From: Patescibacteria group bacterium
GTDB taxonomy: Bacteria; Patescibacteriota; CPR2; UBA1875; CAIMLA01
Direction of reading: 5' to 3'
DNA: 64,000 nt
Assembly (NCBI GenBank): GCA_041738615.1
Contig: JBGSPL010000001.1
Location: forward strand, 158,564 to 222,563
The notes beneath the pieces are model-generated. The model had not been told where the DNA came from. It saw only the letters and a list, made by a program, of their open reading frames with translations, and ran no database searches. Position numbers and translations under genes: made by a program. This document shows positions 49,264 through 59,064 of the stretch, in pieces; position 1 is the stretch's first letter; each line of letters starts with the position of its first letter.

Positions 49264-50319
49264 TTAGACCCTCGGTGACTTAGCGTACTGAGTCGTCACA
49301 AGAACATCTTTTAGTAGATCAATATCCTCAAGTACTAGACCCGTGCCGCGTACTACAGAGGTCAGGGGGTCATCTGCAATATGGACAGGCATTTTTGTGT
49401 TGAGAGCAAGTAAATGATCCAGTCCGCGTAGCAAGGCACCGCCGCCAGCGAGTACAATCCCCTTTTCCATAATATCCGCGACGAGCTCGGGGGGTGTTTC
49501 CTCGACTGTCATTTTTACTGCATCTACGATAGACATAACTGACTTAGATAGCGCCTGCCGTATCTGATCAGAATCAACAGATATCGCTTTTGGTAAACCT
49601 GTTACCAGGTCTCTTCCACGCATCACTGCCTCGAGTCTTTCCTCTGTAGGGTAGGCGGAACCAATACTGATTTTGATGTCCTCTGCCGTTCGCTCCCCTA
49701 GCAATAGATTGAACTCGTCTTTGGCATACTGAATAATATCTTCGTTAAGCTCGTCCCCTGCAATGCGCAGTGAGCGCGACGCCACGATGCCGCCCAAGGA
49801 GACTACTGCAACTTCTGTTGTACCACCGCCAATATCTACAATCATCGAACCGGCCGCTTCCTGGATCGGGAGACGGGCCCCAATCGCAGCAGCCATAGGT
49901 TCCTCTATCAGAAAAGCCTGTCTTGCGCCTGCATTGATACTCGCGTCTTCTACCGCTCTTTTTTCCACTTCGGTCACACCCGATGGGATTCCAATGACAA
50001 CTCGCGGTCTAGGGATTAGAGTAAAGGTTTCCTTATGTACCTTCTCGATGAAATATCTCAACATCTGCTCGGTGACCTCAAAGTCAGAGACCACTCCGTC
50101 GACTAAAGGGCGCCTGGCAACTATATTTGCCGGGGTTCTGCCAACCATGCGCTTGGCTTCTTCTCCAATGGCGAGTATCTGCTTTGTTTTAACATTAAGT
50201 GCCACCACTGAAGGTTCATTGATTACAATGCCTTTACCCTTAACGTACACTAGAGTGTTGGCCGTACCGAGATCGATGCCGATATCGTGAGAAAAGTAGC
50301 CAAAGAACTTATTTAGCAT
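49264..50319 (-). CDS. mreB: Rod shape-determining protein MreB (actin homologue)
   Basis: IGIDLGTANTLVYV, DIGGGTTEVAV, Hsp70/actin fold motifs. Confidence 0.95.
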   Translation of the reverse strand: MLNKFFGYFSHDIGIDLGTANTLVYVKGKGIVINEPSVVALNVKTKQILAIGEEAKRMVGRTPANIVARRPLVDGVVSDFEVTEQMLRYFIEKVHKETFTLIPRPRVVIGIPSGVTEVEKRAVEDASINAGARQAFLIEEPMAAAIGARLPIQEAAGSMIVDIGGGTTEVAVVSLGGIVASRSLRIAGDELNEDIIQYAKDEFNLLLGERTAEDIKISIGSAYPTEERLEAVMRGRDLVTGLPKAISVDSDQIRQALSKSVMSIVDAVKMTVEETPPELVADIMEKGIVLAGGGALLRGLDHLLALNTKMPVHIADDPLTSVVRGTGLVLEDIDLLKDVLVTTQYAKSPRV

Positions 50320-51574
50320 TCAACTTCTCCGCTAGTACGGCCGTGTATTCGTCTAGCCTTACAAGTTCTGCCTGGTCGCTACTGCGTAGTTTGATTTCAA
50401 CACTGTCGTTGTCCAGTGTCTTTTTACTTACGACGATCCTTACTGGTACCCCGATAAGGTCGGCGTCCGCGAGCTTAGTACCTGCCGATTCGTTTCTATC
50501 ATCGTAAATGACGTCTACGCCACGTTTTAGCAAGTCTTTATATATTTTGTCCGCGGTAGCACGCACCTTGTCGTCTCCGAGTGAGACCAAAACAACAGAG
50601 AATGGGGAAATAGAAACAGGCCAAATAATGCCCCTCGCGTCGTGGCAAACCTCGACCACAGTCCCCATGAGGCGTCCCAGCCCAATACCATAGCAACCCG
50701 TAAGAACAACCTGTCTCCCACCATTCTCGTCGGTATAATTGACGTCAAAAGCCTGGGTGTACTTGTCTTTGTTCTTGAAGATATTCCCGACTTCAACGGC
50801 TTTGGTTTCGGTAAGATTACTAGAGCCACACTCTGGGCAAGTCTTCTGATCTTCGATAACTTCTTTATTTATCGCCACATTACATTTCTTGCAGAGATAG
50901 ATAATGTCCTCGCCCGCCTCGGTTTCTGTTTGAAACTCATGTGAGAAGCGCGAGAAAGACCCCCCGGAAGCAAATGTTAGATAGGTCTTCTCCCCTATTC
51001 CGCAGCGTTCAAAAATATTACGATACGATTGCTTCATTACTTCGTAGTAGCTATCGAGATCTTCTTGAGTGGCATGGAAAGAATACAAGTCCTTCATCAG
51101 GAATTCGCGTCCGCGAAGAATGCCAGATTTTGCACGCTTCTCGTCTCGAAATTTGTTTTGTATCTGATAAACATACTTTGGAAGGTCACGGTAGGATTCG
51201 ATGTATTTTTTCATAAGCGGCATCACTACTTCTTCGTGCGTAGGCCCTAGTGCCAGCTCGTTCTTGGTATAGAAACTAGTAAACTTGTATAGGTTGTCTT
51301 CCGTCTCCCACCTTCCAGTACGAACCCAGTTCTCCTTGGGTTGGAGCGTCGGCATGAAGAGCTCCACTCCGCCAGCTTTGTTCATCTCATCTTTTATGAT
51401 TTCGGAAATCTTGTCTATTACGCGAATCCCGAGAGGCAAATAGGTATAAACACCCGCCATTAACTGATCTACAAAATTACCCCTTAGCAGTAAGTCGGCA
51501 TTGATACTCTCTACTTGTTCGGAGGAATCTCTCCTTGTTTTAATTAAGAATTGACTATATTTCATTTGAACCAA
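50309..51574 (-). CDS. proS: Prolyl-tRNA synthetase (short form without editing insert)
   Basis: 421 aa; class II motifs, C4 zinc knuckle CKKCN...CPECG, C-terminal anticodon-binding domain. Confidence 0.88.
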   Translation of the reverse strand: MVQMKYSQFLIKTRRDSSEQVESINADLLLRGNFVDQLMAGVYTYLPLGIRVIDKISEIIKDEMNKAGGVELFMPTLQPKENWVRTGRWETEDNLYKFTSFYTKNELALGPTHEEVVMPLMKKYIESYRDLPKYVYQIQNKFRDEKRAKSGILRGREFLMKDLYSFHATQEDLDSYYEVMKQSYRNIFERCGIGEKTYLTFASGGSFSRFSHEFQTETEAGEDIIYLCKKCNVAINKEVIEDQKTCPECGSSNLTETKAVEVGNIFKNKDKYTQAFDVNYTDENGGRQVVLTGCYGIGLGRLMGTVVEVCHDARGIIWPVSISPFSVVLVSLGDDKVRATADKIYKDLLKRGVDVIYDDRNESAGTKLADADLIGVPVRIVVSKKTLDNDSVEIKLRSSDQAELVRLDEYTAVLAEKLNAK

Positions 51575-52719
51575 TCTATTACGTACTTAATGATACCAAA
51601 ATTCAGCAAATCTTTCACGGTGATAATCAGGAATAGTCCGATAATAAATGCAAAGCCAGCTAGTTGAACAGTGTTTTTTACCTTCGCACTAAATTTTCGT
51701 CGCATTACAATTTCTAGCGCCGTGACCATTATCTGCCCTCCATCGAGCGCAGGTATTGGTAGCACATTGAAGATTGCCAAGCTGATACTAAGTACGGCAG
51801 CAAACTGAAGCAAGGGCACAAAGCCGAGTTGGGCAAAATAGTTTGTCATAACCACAATCCCCACAGGTCCCGAGACCTCACTGCTAAGTTGAAAGTGCAG
51901 TAGAAGCTGTCTAAATAGGCCAATAATACCTTCGAAGGTCAGTACCGTAACATCCCAAACCGTTACAAAGGCTGCCCCGAGAGATGAAACAAAACCACCA
52001 TGTACGTTGCCTGTGGTTTCGAGTGCGATTCCAATCCTACTGACTTCTTTCTCACCGCCGTTTGCGAGCTTTACTTTGCTTTTGTAAGCAGTAACATCTT
52101 TAGTGAGCTCTTCGGTCCCTCGTTTTACGACCAGTTTGGTCGTGGTCCCGACTGGATCTGTCTTTTGAGAGATTATCGAAACTACCTCGTTGTCTGTGTG
52201 GACCAGTTTGCCGTCTACGGAAAGGATATAGTCCGACGATCTCAGATCCATTTTGTTTGATGGTGAATCTTTTTCGACAGAGACAATCCTGACCTTCATG
52301 TCGTTTTGGATGCCTTTGTGTTTAGTAGCTCCATCCAAAATAGGCTGAAAACCAACAAGATAGCAAACGAAAAAGAGTGTAATTGCCAAAACGACGTTCA
52401 TTAGAACCCCAGCAATCATAATAATCACAATCTGCCACGGTTCCTTGGTACTTAGACTACCCGGATCCAACCTTGAATCCTTAGGATCTCCGGAAAGCTG
52501 CTCGTCTTCGCCTAGCATACTGACATAACCACCTAGAGGGATAAGGTTCAGTTTGTACACTGTGTCGCCGATTTTCTTTGAAAAAAGTGTCGGTGGAAAA
52601 CCAAAAGCAAATGTCTTTACCGTAACACCCATCCATCTAGCGGCAAGAAAATGCCCGAGTTCATGAACAAAAACCAGCATACCAAAGACAAAAATAAAGG
52701 CTACTACCGTAATGATCAT
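51562..52719 (-). CDS. rseP: RIP zinc metalloprotease RseP (site-2 protease, M50) with PDZ domain
   Basis: HELGHFLAA HExxH in TM1, PDZ insert, LDGG in C-terminal TM. Confidence 0.88.
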   Translation of the reverse strand: MIITVVAFIFVFGMLVFVHELGHFLAARWMGVTVKTFAFGFPPTLFSKKIGDTVYKLNLIPLGGYVSMLGEDEQLSGDPKDSRLDPGSLSTKEPWQIVIIMIAGVLMNVVLAITLFFVCYLVGFQPILDGATKHKGIQNDMKVRIVSVEKDSPSNKMDLRSSDYILSVDGKLVHTDNEVVSIISQKTDPVGTTTKLVVKRGTEELTKDVTAYKSKVKLANGGEKEVSRIGIALETTGNVHGGFVSSLGAAFVTVWDVTVLTFEGIIGLFRQLLLHFQLSSEVSGPVGIVVMTNYFAQLGFVPLLQFAAVLSISLAIFNVLPIPALDGGQIMVTALEIVMRRKFSAKVKNTVQLAGFAFIIGLFLIITVKDLLNFGIIKYVIDWFK

Positions 52720-53426
52720 GCCCCAAACCTCCTGTCACGTCTGTTGTATTCAGCAATCGCCTTATCCAGCTCCGCCGCATCAAAATCCGGCCAGCAAGTG
52801 TCTGTAAAATATAATTCTGCATATGGCGATTGCCAGAGCAAAAACCCAGATAGTCTGAATTCACCAGAAGTACGCACGATAAGGTCGGGATCTGGCTGTC
52901 CAGCTTCAAAAGTGAGGCTAGAAAACAGTTCCTCCGTAACTTCCTCAGCGGAAATGCCAGATGCCACGATTTGCCTTGTTACATTCAATATTTCGTCGCG
53001 TCCACCATAAGACAAGCCAATATTGAAGGTGAGCTTGGTGTTACCGCTAGTCTTATCCATCGCTTGGCGAGCCAGTTTCTGTACCTTTTTCGGAAAGTCC
53101 TGGAGCCGACCGATAACGTTAAGCCTTACGCCTTTTTCGTGGAGTTCTTCTATCTTGTCCCTAAATATTTGCTCTATTAGTCCTATGAGATAGCTAATCT
53201 CTGCCTCACTGCGATCCCAATTTTCTGTCGAGAAAGCCCAAACGGTCATGTGCTTTATCCCACGATCAGCGCAGGTCTCTACTAGGGGTAGTAGGGCGTC
53301 ATACAAACCCCGGCGATGCCCCTCTAGCGTGGGTAAATTATGAGCTTTTGCCCAACGACGATTTCCATCCATAATAAAAGCCACGTGCTTTGGCATGCTA
53401 ATTGTATGCTGAGCAGCTTTTGCCAT
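52716..53426 (-). CDS. uppS: Undecaprenyl diphosphate synthase (cis-prenyltransferase)
   Basis: HVAFIMDGNRRWAK, TVWAFSTENW, RTSGEFRLSGFLLWQ. Confidence 0.93.
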   Translation of the reverse strand: MAKAAQHTISMPKHVAFIMDGNRRWAKAHNLPTLEGHRRGLYDALLPLVETCADRGIKHMTVWAFSTENWDRSEAEISYLIGLIEQIFRDKIEELHEKGVRLNVIGRLQDFPKKVQKLARQAMDKTSGNTKLTFNIGLSYGGRDEILNVTRQIVASGISAEEVTEELFSSLTFEAGQPDPDLIVRTSGEFRLSGFLLWQSPYAELYFTDTCWPDFDAAELDKAIAEYNRRDRRFGA

Positions 53427-53983
53427 TAGACTTCTAAGAGTTCCTTTTCCTTCTGGGTCAGGACTTCTTCTACTTTTCTATTGTACATATCTACCTGTTT
53501 CTGGATCTCAGCTTCGCCTCTATACATATCATCTTCGCCGATTTCACCGTCTGTTTTTGCCTTCTTGATCGCGTTCCAGGCTTCGGTTCGGGCGTTGCGA
53601 ATGCCTACACGTGCTTCCTCGGCCTTTTCCTTGGCAATTTTCACGTAGTCACGGCGGCGTTCCTCTGTAAGCTCTGGGATGTTAATGCGAACCACGTCAC
53701 CTGTATTTACCGGATTGAACCCCATCTCGCTATCGCGTATAGCAGACTCAATCTGTCCCACAATCCCTTTATCCCAAGGCTGAATCATGATCTGTCGTGC
53801 CTCGGGAATTGTAATGTTAGCGACTTGCTTTAGTTGCTGCTTCGAACCATAGGCAGTCACTAGAAGTTCGTCCACCATAGAAACTGAAGCCCTGCCAGTA
53901 TGTATATTTGAGAGCTCTGATTCCAGAAATTCTATTGATTTGTCGAGCTTAACTGGTAATCCCTTAAGTATTGCGTCCACCAT
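53426..53983 (-). CDS. frr: Ribosome recycling factor
   Basis: 185 aa, typical Frr three-helix plus beta domain sequence. Confidence 0.93.
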   Translation of the reverse strand: MVDAILKGLPVKLDKSIEFLESELSNIHTGRASVSMVDELLVTAYGSKQQLKQVANITIPEARQIMIQPWDKGIVGQIESAIRDSEMGFNPVNTGDVVRINIPELTEERRRDYVKIAKEKAEEARVGIRNARTEAWNAIKKAKTDGEIGEDDMYRGEAEIQKQVDMYNRKVEEVLTQKEKELLEV

Positions 53984-53999
53984 GTCTTTGCTCCTAACT

Positions 54000-54590
54000 T
54001 TATTTACCTAGTTCGTAACGAACAAAACGACGCACAACCAGCTTCTCACCAATTGCGGCTGTCTTTTCGTTGATAATATCCTCTATTGTCACGTCAGGGT
54101 TCTTCACAAATGATTGTTTCATCAAGCAAACCTGTGAGAAATATTTAGCGATCTTGCCTTCTAGAATCTTCTCGATCACTTCGGCCGGCTTTCCAGCCTC
54201 GAGCAATTTAGCCTTTTCGATCTCTTTTTCCTTCTCGACAATCTCAGCAGGCACATCTTCTGGCGAAACATACTCTGGTGCTGCTGCTGCCACGTGCATC
54301 ACGATATCGGCTGCAAGCGCTTTGAAGTCCTCGTTGCGAGCCACAAAGTCGGTCTCAGAATTTAGCTCTAGCAGTGCCCCAATGCGACCGTTATGAATAT
54401 AGCTCACAACAATGCCTTCTTTGGCATCGCGATCGGAGCGTTTGGCTGCAGTAGCTGCCCCTTTTTTACGTAAAATCTCAATTGCTTTGTCGAAGTCGCA
54501 AGCAGCCTCATCGAGAGCCTTTTTGCAATCCATCATCCCCGCACCAGTCGTCTCGCGCAGTTTAGCAATGTCTTCCATATTTGTAGCCAT
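54000..54590 (-). CDS. tsf: Elongation factor Ts (short form)
   Basis: LRETTGAGMMDCKKAL UBA-like N-terminus. Confidence 0.9.
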   Translation of the reverse strand: MATNMEDIAKLRETTGAGMMDCKKALDEAACDFDKAIEILRKKGAATAAKRSDRDAKEGIVVSYIHNGRIGALLELNSETDFVARNEDFKALAADIVMHVAAAAPEYVSPEDVPAEIVEKEKEIEKAKLLEAGKPAEVIEKILEGKIAKYFSQVCLMKQSFVKNPDVTIEDIINEKTAAIGEKLVVRRFVRYELGK

Positions 54591-54614
54591 ATATTCCTCC
54601 TGTGGATTTAGTAA

Positions 54615-55319
54615 TTACTCTCCCGTAACGTCGGCTTCTTTAGGAGCGACCGGGCTGTTCTCCCTGATAACCCCGGCGATTTCGTCAAGTAGTAGCTTGA
54701 TCGCCTTAACTGCATCGTCATTTCCAGGGATTACATAGTCGATAACGTCAGGATTTGCATTTGTGTCTGTAATTGCGATCACTGGTATCTTAAGCTTTCG
54801 TGCTTCGGTAACGGCGTTAGACTCCTTGACGGCGTCCACAACAAAGATTGCATCAGGAACTTTTTTCATGTCCTTGATACCACCAAGTACAATCGCTAGC
54901 TTTTCGGCCTGCTTTTTTGCTACTGTAAGTTGTTTCTTAGTTGCGAAATCGTTATTTGCGATCTTTTCTTCTAGTTTCTTGAGGTTCTTTACTTGACCTA
55001 AAATCGTACCAAAGTTGGTCAGCATTCCGCCTAACCATCTCTCGCAAACGTAAGGCATAGAACAGCTCTCTGCGGCTTCCTTGACCAAAGCCTGGGCCTG
55101 TTTCTTTGTACCTACAAAAAGCACACTACCGCCGTTTGAGGCGATAGTGCGAACAAATTTGTCGGCCTCCAAGAGGCTTTCCTCGGTTTTTGCGAGGTCA
55201 AAGATATGGACGCCTCCACGTTCAGTAAAAATAAAAGAAGCCATCTTTGGATTCCAACGCGACTTTTGGTGTCCAAAATGTACTCCCGCTTCTAGCATAT
55301 CCTTCATGCTAACGCTCAT
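54615..55319 (-). CDS. rpsB: 30S ribosomal protein S2
   Basis: MLEAGVHFGHQKSRWNPKM... Confidence 0.95.
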   Translation of the reverse strand: MSVSMKDMLEAGVHFGHQKSRWNPKMASFIFTERGGVHIFDLAKTEESLLEADKFVRTIASNGGSVLFVGTKKQAQALVKEAAESCSMPYVCERWLGGMLTNFGTILGQVKNLKKLEEKIANNDFATKKQLTVAKKQAEKLAIVLGGIKDMKKVPDAIFVVDAVKESNAVTEARKLKIPVIAITDTNANPDVIDYVIPGNDDAVKAIKLLLDEIAGVIRENSPVAPKEADVTGE

Positions 55320-55495
55320 GTTTTCTCCTTTTCTTCCGAGCTAGGGCTTACCCTGCCGGACCTCCGCTACCTTCAACTGCCACTAAGCCCGTTAACGGGA
55401 GGATAGTCGCATCTGGTTGCGTGTGAATTAATATTTACAGCTAGTATTTTAGCAAATCTAGGCACGTTTGTCAATTATGAGTCTCGGCAAAACAC

Positions 55496-55524
55496 TTGAA
55501 AGCCGTGCAAAAATTTGTTACAAT
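55496..55524 (+). promoter_or_regulatory. Sigma70-like promoter TTGAAA-17-TACAAT for rpmE
   Basis: Read directly; ~27 nt upstream of the rpmE start with SD ACGGAG. Confidence 0.55.
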
Positions 55525-55551
55525 ATTACCTGCGTTAGTTACGGAGTAAAT

Positions 55552-55884
55552 ATGAAGACAGAAATCCACCCAAAATATGACAAAACAGTAGTTACCTGCA
55601 CTTGCGGTAACACTTTTGAGACCCAGTCTACTGCTGGCGACATAAATGTTGAAATCTGTTCAGCGTGTCACCCTTTCTATACTGGCAAGCAAAAGCTTGT
55701 TGACACCGCTGGTCGCGTGGATCGCTTCAAGATGCGCCTAGAGGCCTCTGCTGCCAAACAGGCGGTAAAGGTTGAGAAGAAGAAGACCGTTAAAGAAAGT
55801 GCGGCTCCAGTAACTCTGTCCGAGATTAAGGCAGAGCTCAAGGACGAACTCGTAGAGAATACGCCCGAAACCACAGAAGCTTAA
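55552..55884 (+). CDS. rpmE: 50S ribosomal protein L31 with Lys/Glu-rich C-terminal extension
   Basis: MKTEIHPKY...CTCG...[13 protein letters not shown] zinc-ribbon L31. Confidence 0.9.
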   Translation: MKTEIHPKYDKTVVTCTCGNTFETQSTAGDINVEICSACHPFYTGKQKLVDTAGRVDRFKMRLEASAAKQAVKVEKKKTVKESAAPVTLSEIKAELKDELVENTPETTEA

Positions 55885-55944
55885 CGATAATTTTTATAGC
55901 GCTATAAGATAACCATCTTTAGCGCTATAATTGTATCTGGAGTT

Positions 55945-57015
55945 ATGATGCAAGAGAAACTACAAAGAATCAAAGAGCAATTTGACGAAATCGAGGCGAA
56001 GCTTAGTAACCCCGAGGTTATTGCCGACCAAAAACAACTGATGAATCTGAGCCGTGAACGCGTCTCTCTCCTTCCTCTAGTAGAACTTTACGAAAAATAC
56101 ACTAAGGTTGCTCTTGAGTTTCAAGAATCGGAGGAAATCCTCAAATCGGAAGGTGACCCAGAGATGGTTTCTATGATTGAAGAAGAAGTAACCACCCTTA
56201 AAGAACAATTAGAAAAACTTACCAAAGAAATTGAGCTAGAACTGCTACCAAAGGATGAAAACGACAACAAGAACGTAATTGTCGAAATCCGCGCCGGAGC
56301 TGGGGGTGATGAATCGGCCCTTTTTGCAGCCGAGCTTTTCAAGATGTATAGTCGCTACGCAGAGGTACATAAATTCAAAGTGGAGATAATTGATGCTCAC
56401 GAAAACGAAATCGGAGGGTATAAAGAGATCATTTTCTCACTGGCCGGCCAGAACGTCTACAAGCACCTGAAATTCGAGAGCGGCGTACATAGAGTTCAGA
56501 GAGTCCCCGAGACCGAATCCGGTGGCCGTATTCATACCTCTACCGTAACAGTCGCTGTCCTACCTGAAGCCGAAGAGGTGGATGTGGAAATAAATCCAGC
56601 GGAGATTCGAGTAGACGTCTTCCGCTCCTCGGGGCCCGGCGGGCAGAGTGTCAATACTACCGATTCTGCAATTCGCATTACTCACCTCCCGACTGGACTC
56701 GTGGTTTCATGCCAAGATGAGAAATCGCAAATCAAGAATCGCGAGAAAGCAATGAAGGTTCTACGTTCCAGACTGCTTGTCCAGAAACAGGAAGAAGAAG
56801 CCAAAAAGCGAGGTGATGCCAGAAACAGCCAGATAGGAACCGGCGATCGCTCAGAAAAAATACGTACTTACAACTTTCCGCAGGACAGAATCACCGATCA
56901 CAGAATAGGTTTTAGCGTAAACAACTTACCAGATTTTATGGCTGGGAATATCGATAAAATGCTCGACCAGCTCACAGAAGCAGACCGAGAAAAAGCCCTT
57001 GAAGGGATCTCTTAA
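55945..57015 (+). CDS. prfA: Peptide chain release factor 1
   Basis: GGQ motif ([12 protein letters not shown]), [17 protein letters not shown] recognition loop (RF1-type PxT); start may be second ATG 55948. Confidence 0.93.
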   Translation: MMQEKLQRIKEQFDEIEAKLSNPEVIADQKQLMNLSRERVSLLPLVELYEKYTKVALEFQESEEILKSEGDPEMVSMIEEEVTTLKEQLEKLTKEIELELLPKDENDNKNVIVEIRAGAGGDESALFAAELFKMYSRYAEVHKFKVEIIDAHENEIGGYKEIIFSLAGQNVYKHLKFESGVHRVQRVPETESGGRIHTSTVTVAVLPEAEEVDVEINPAEIRVDVFRSSGPGGQSVNTTDSAIRITHLPTGLVVSCQDEKSQIKNREKAMKVLRSRLLVQKQEEEAKKRGDARNSQIGTGDRSEKIRTYNFPQDRITDHRIGFSVNNLPDFMAGNIDKMLDQLTEADREKALEGIS

Positions 57016-57029
57016 ATTCAGGGGGGCAG

Positions 57030-58205
57030 TTATTGACTTTCAGAAAGCTGAATAGTCGCTGTCTTGGTCTTGCCATCACGAAGCCAAGTAATCTTGACAC
57101 TTTCCGAAGGAGAATGTTTTGAAAGCAAGGAGATCAAACTCTTCTGGGCTGTAATCTTATCCAATCCTAGCTCTGTGACAATATCACCTGGTTGCAGGCC
57201 TATCTTAGCTGCCGGGCTACCTGCAACAACGGCTGGCGAGGCCGCATTGTTTGAATATATATATGCCCCCTCATAAACAGGTAGATTGTTCTGTGTTGCG
57301 GTATCTTTTGTTAACGAAACATAGCGTACCCCGAGCATTGCACGAACGATTTTCCCTTTGGTAAGATAGCTATCCAGGGCGGACTTTATCAGTTCGACGG
57401 GTAGCGCAAAGCCGATTCCTTGGCCCTGAGAGTCGACTGCCGTATTCATTCCGATGACTTGGCCGGCGATGTTGAGTAGCGGGCCACCAGAATTCCCGGA
57501 ATTTATAGCTGCATCTGTCTGAATAACGTTGTCAAGAGACTCTGTAGACGTCCCTGTGGAGTCGCTGGCCTCAATAACCCGCCCCATACCCGAAATCACG
57601 CCTACAGTGACGCTGTTTTGATATTGGCCCAAGGCATTACCAATAGCGATGGCTGTCTGTCCAGCCACGAGGTCAGCCGTAGAGCCAAGCTCGACCGTTG
57701 GTAGGTTGGAAGCCTCAATCTTTAGTATCGCTATATCAAAGAGAGGGTCCAGTGACTTCACAACCGCTGAATACGTTTTACCGTCGTTTGTTATCACGCT
57801 GTACTTGGTGGCGGCATTGCCTGCCACATGCTTATTGGTTACGATAATCCCGTCTTTGCTTACAATATAGCCCGTGCCAGCAATTTCCGAGCTGCTCGCC
57901 TGTCCAAAGAAATTCACGCTCTCTGTTACACCAGTGATACTGACTACTGCGGGCATCGCCTGCTCGGCAGTAGTTGTGATTGCTGAACTTTCCTTAATAT
58001 TTATGGTGGCATTTGAAATTTTTGAAGAGCTCTTTACGGGACCAAAGTAGTTGATATACACAAAGCTCCCCATTAGACCACTGGCTACAGATAAAGTTAC
58101 AAGCAAGGCGCCCCAGAATAACTTCGTTCTATCCACTGTCACGACCCTCTGAAGCTTTTTGGGTTCTAAGGGCTCTTCGTTTTGCGGTAAACCATTCTCT
58201 TCCAT
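57030..58205 (-). CDS. htrA: HtrA/DegP-family trypsin-like serine protease with PDZ domain
   Basis: Catalytic TNKHV (His), D, GNSGGPL (Ser) and C-terminal PDZ; N-terminal TM; probable start MEENGLPQ. Confidence 0.85.
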   Translation of the reverse strand: MEENGLPQNEEPLEPKKLQRVVTVDRTKLFWGALLVTLSVASGLMGSFVYINYFGPVKSSSKISNATINIKESSAITTTAEQAMPAVVSITGVTESVNFFGQASSSEIAGTGYIVSKDGIIVTNKHVAGNAATKYSVITNDGKTYSAVVKSLDPLFDIAILKIEASNLPTVELGSTADLVAGQTAIAIGNALGQYQNSVTVGVISGMGRVIEASDSTGTSTESLDNVIQTDAAINSGNSGGPLLNIAGQVIGMNTAVDSQGQGIGFALPVELIKSALDSYLTKGKIVRAMLGVRYVSLTKDTATQNNLPVYEGAYIYSNNAASPAVVAGSPAAKIGLQPGDIVTELGLDKITAQKSLISLLSKHSPSESVKITWLRDGKTKTATIQLSESQ

Positions 58206-58221
58206 GCTTCCTCCGAGATTA

Positions 58222-59058
58222 TTAGCTAATTGGCAACCATTTCGCCGTAACAAACAGGATGACAAAAAACATTATAGTAAAAAGCAGGTACTCTGTCAGA
58301 ACCTTACGAGTCAGATTCTGGTCCAACTTGTGAGAAATCATTCCCCAGAGAAAATAATATGTCAAAGTAATTACGATTGCCGCTATCGGGGTCCCGCCAA
58401 GGGTCGCTTTTTCTGTGGTGCCGAGTACCGGATAGTTGATCGACCAGATAGAACCCACCCAGGCCATCTGAGCGCACAAAAATGCTGATATAACACCATA
58501 GGCACGATCTTTTGATTCTAGCGCCCCCTTTTCCCAGGTAAGAAAATATGTTACGAAATAGATTAGACCAAAAACTGCGAGCACTATCGCTGCACGCACA
58601 TAGTTTATCGTGCCGCGTTCGGAAACCGACATCAGCAGTCTGAATAGCATCGAAGTGGAGAGAAAGACCGTAAAAAATGATATAACGATGAGAACGTTTC
58701 TGTACAAAAGAGCTGCTCGATCTGCCAGGTTACGAACTTTTCTAAGAGAAATAAACAGGTAAAAGTTCGCGATGATAGCGAGCAATGTTAGTACGAGTCG
58801 TCCTATACCGATATAGACAAAAGAAATATATGAAAGTGCCGAAACGTTAAAAAGGAGGGGCATCATCAGGAACTTGAAGTTTGTAAAGAGAGAATCTCTG
58901 TTTAGCTGCATATTAAAGAAATACTTTGCACAGACAGCAACCATCACAAGTGCAGAGGTCACCGAGAAAACGATAAGCTCGGGGCGAATGAAATTAAAAA
59001 TATAGACAACTGAAATAACCGAAACTGCTATTATACTATTCTTGGTAATTTGCTTCAT
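58222..59058 (-). CDS. Hypothetical polytopic membrane protein (278 aa)
   Basis: ~8 hydrophobic helices; no motif. Confidence 0.45.
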   Translation of the reverse strand: MKQITKNSIIAVSVISVVYIFNFIRPELIVFSVTSALVMVAVCAKYFFNMQLNRDSLFTNFKFLMMPLLFNVSALSYISFVYIGIGRLVLTLLAIIANFYLFISLRKVRNLADRAALLYRNVLIVISFFTVFLSTSMLFRLLMSVSERGTINYVRAAIVLAVFGLIYFVTYFLTWEKGALESKDRAYGVISAFLCAQMAWVGSIWSINYPVLGTTEKATLGGTPIAAIVITLTYYFLWGMISHKLDQNLTRKVLTEYLLFTIMFFVILFVTAKWLPIS

Positions 59059-59064
59059 GATAAC

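Noticed and set aside
49763-50290. 175-aa plus-strand ORF
   Set aside because: Antisense to mreB
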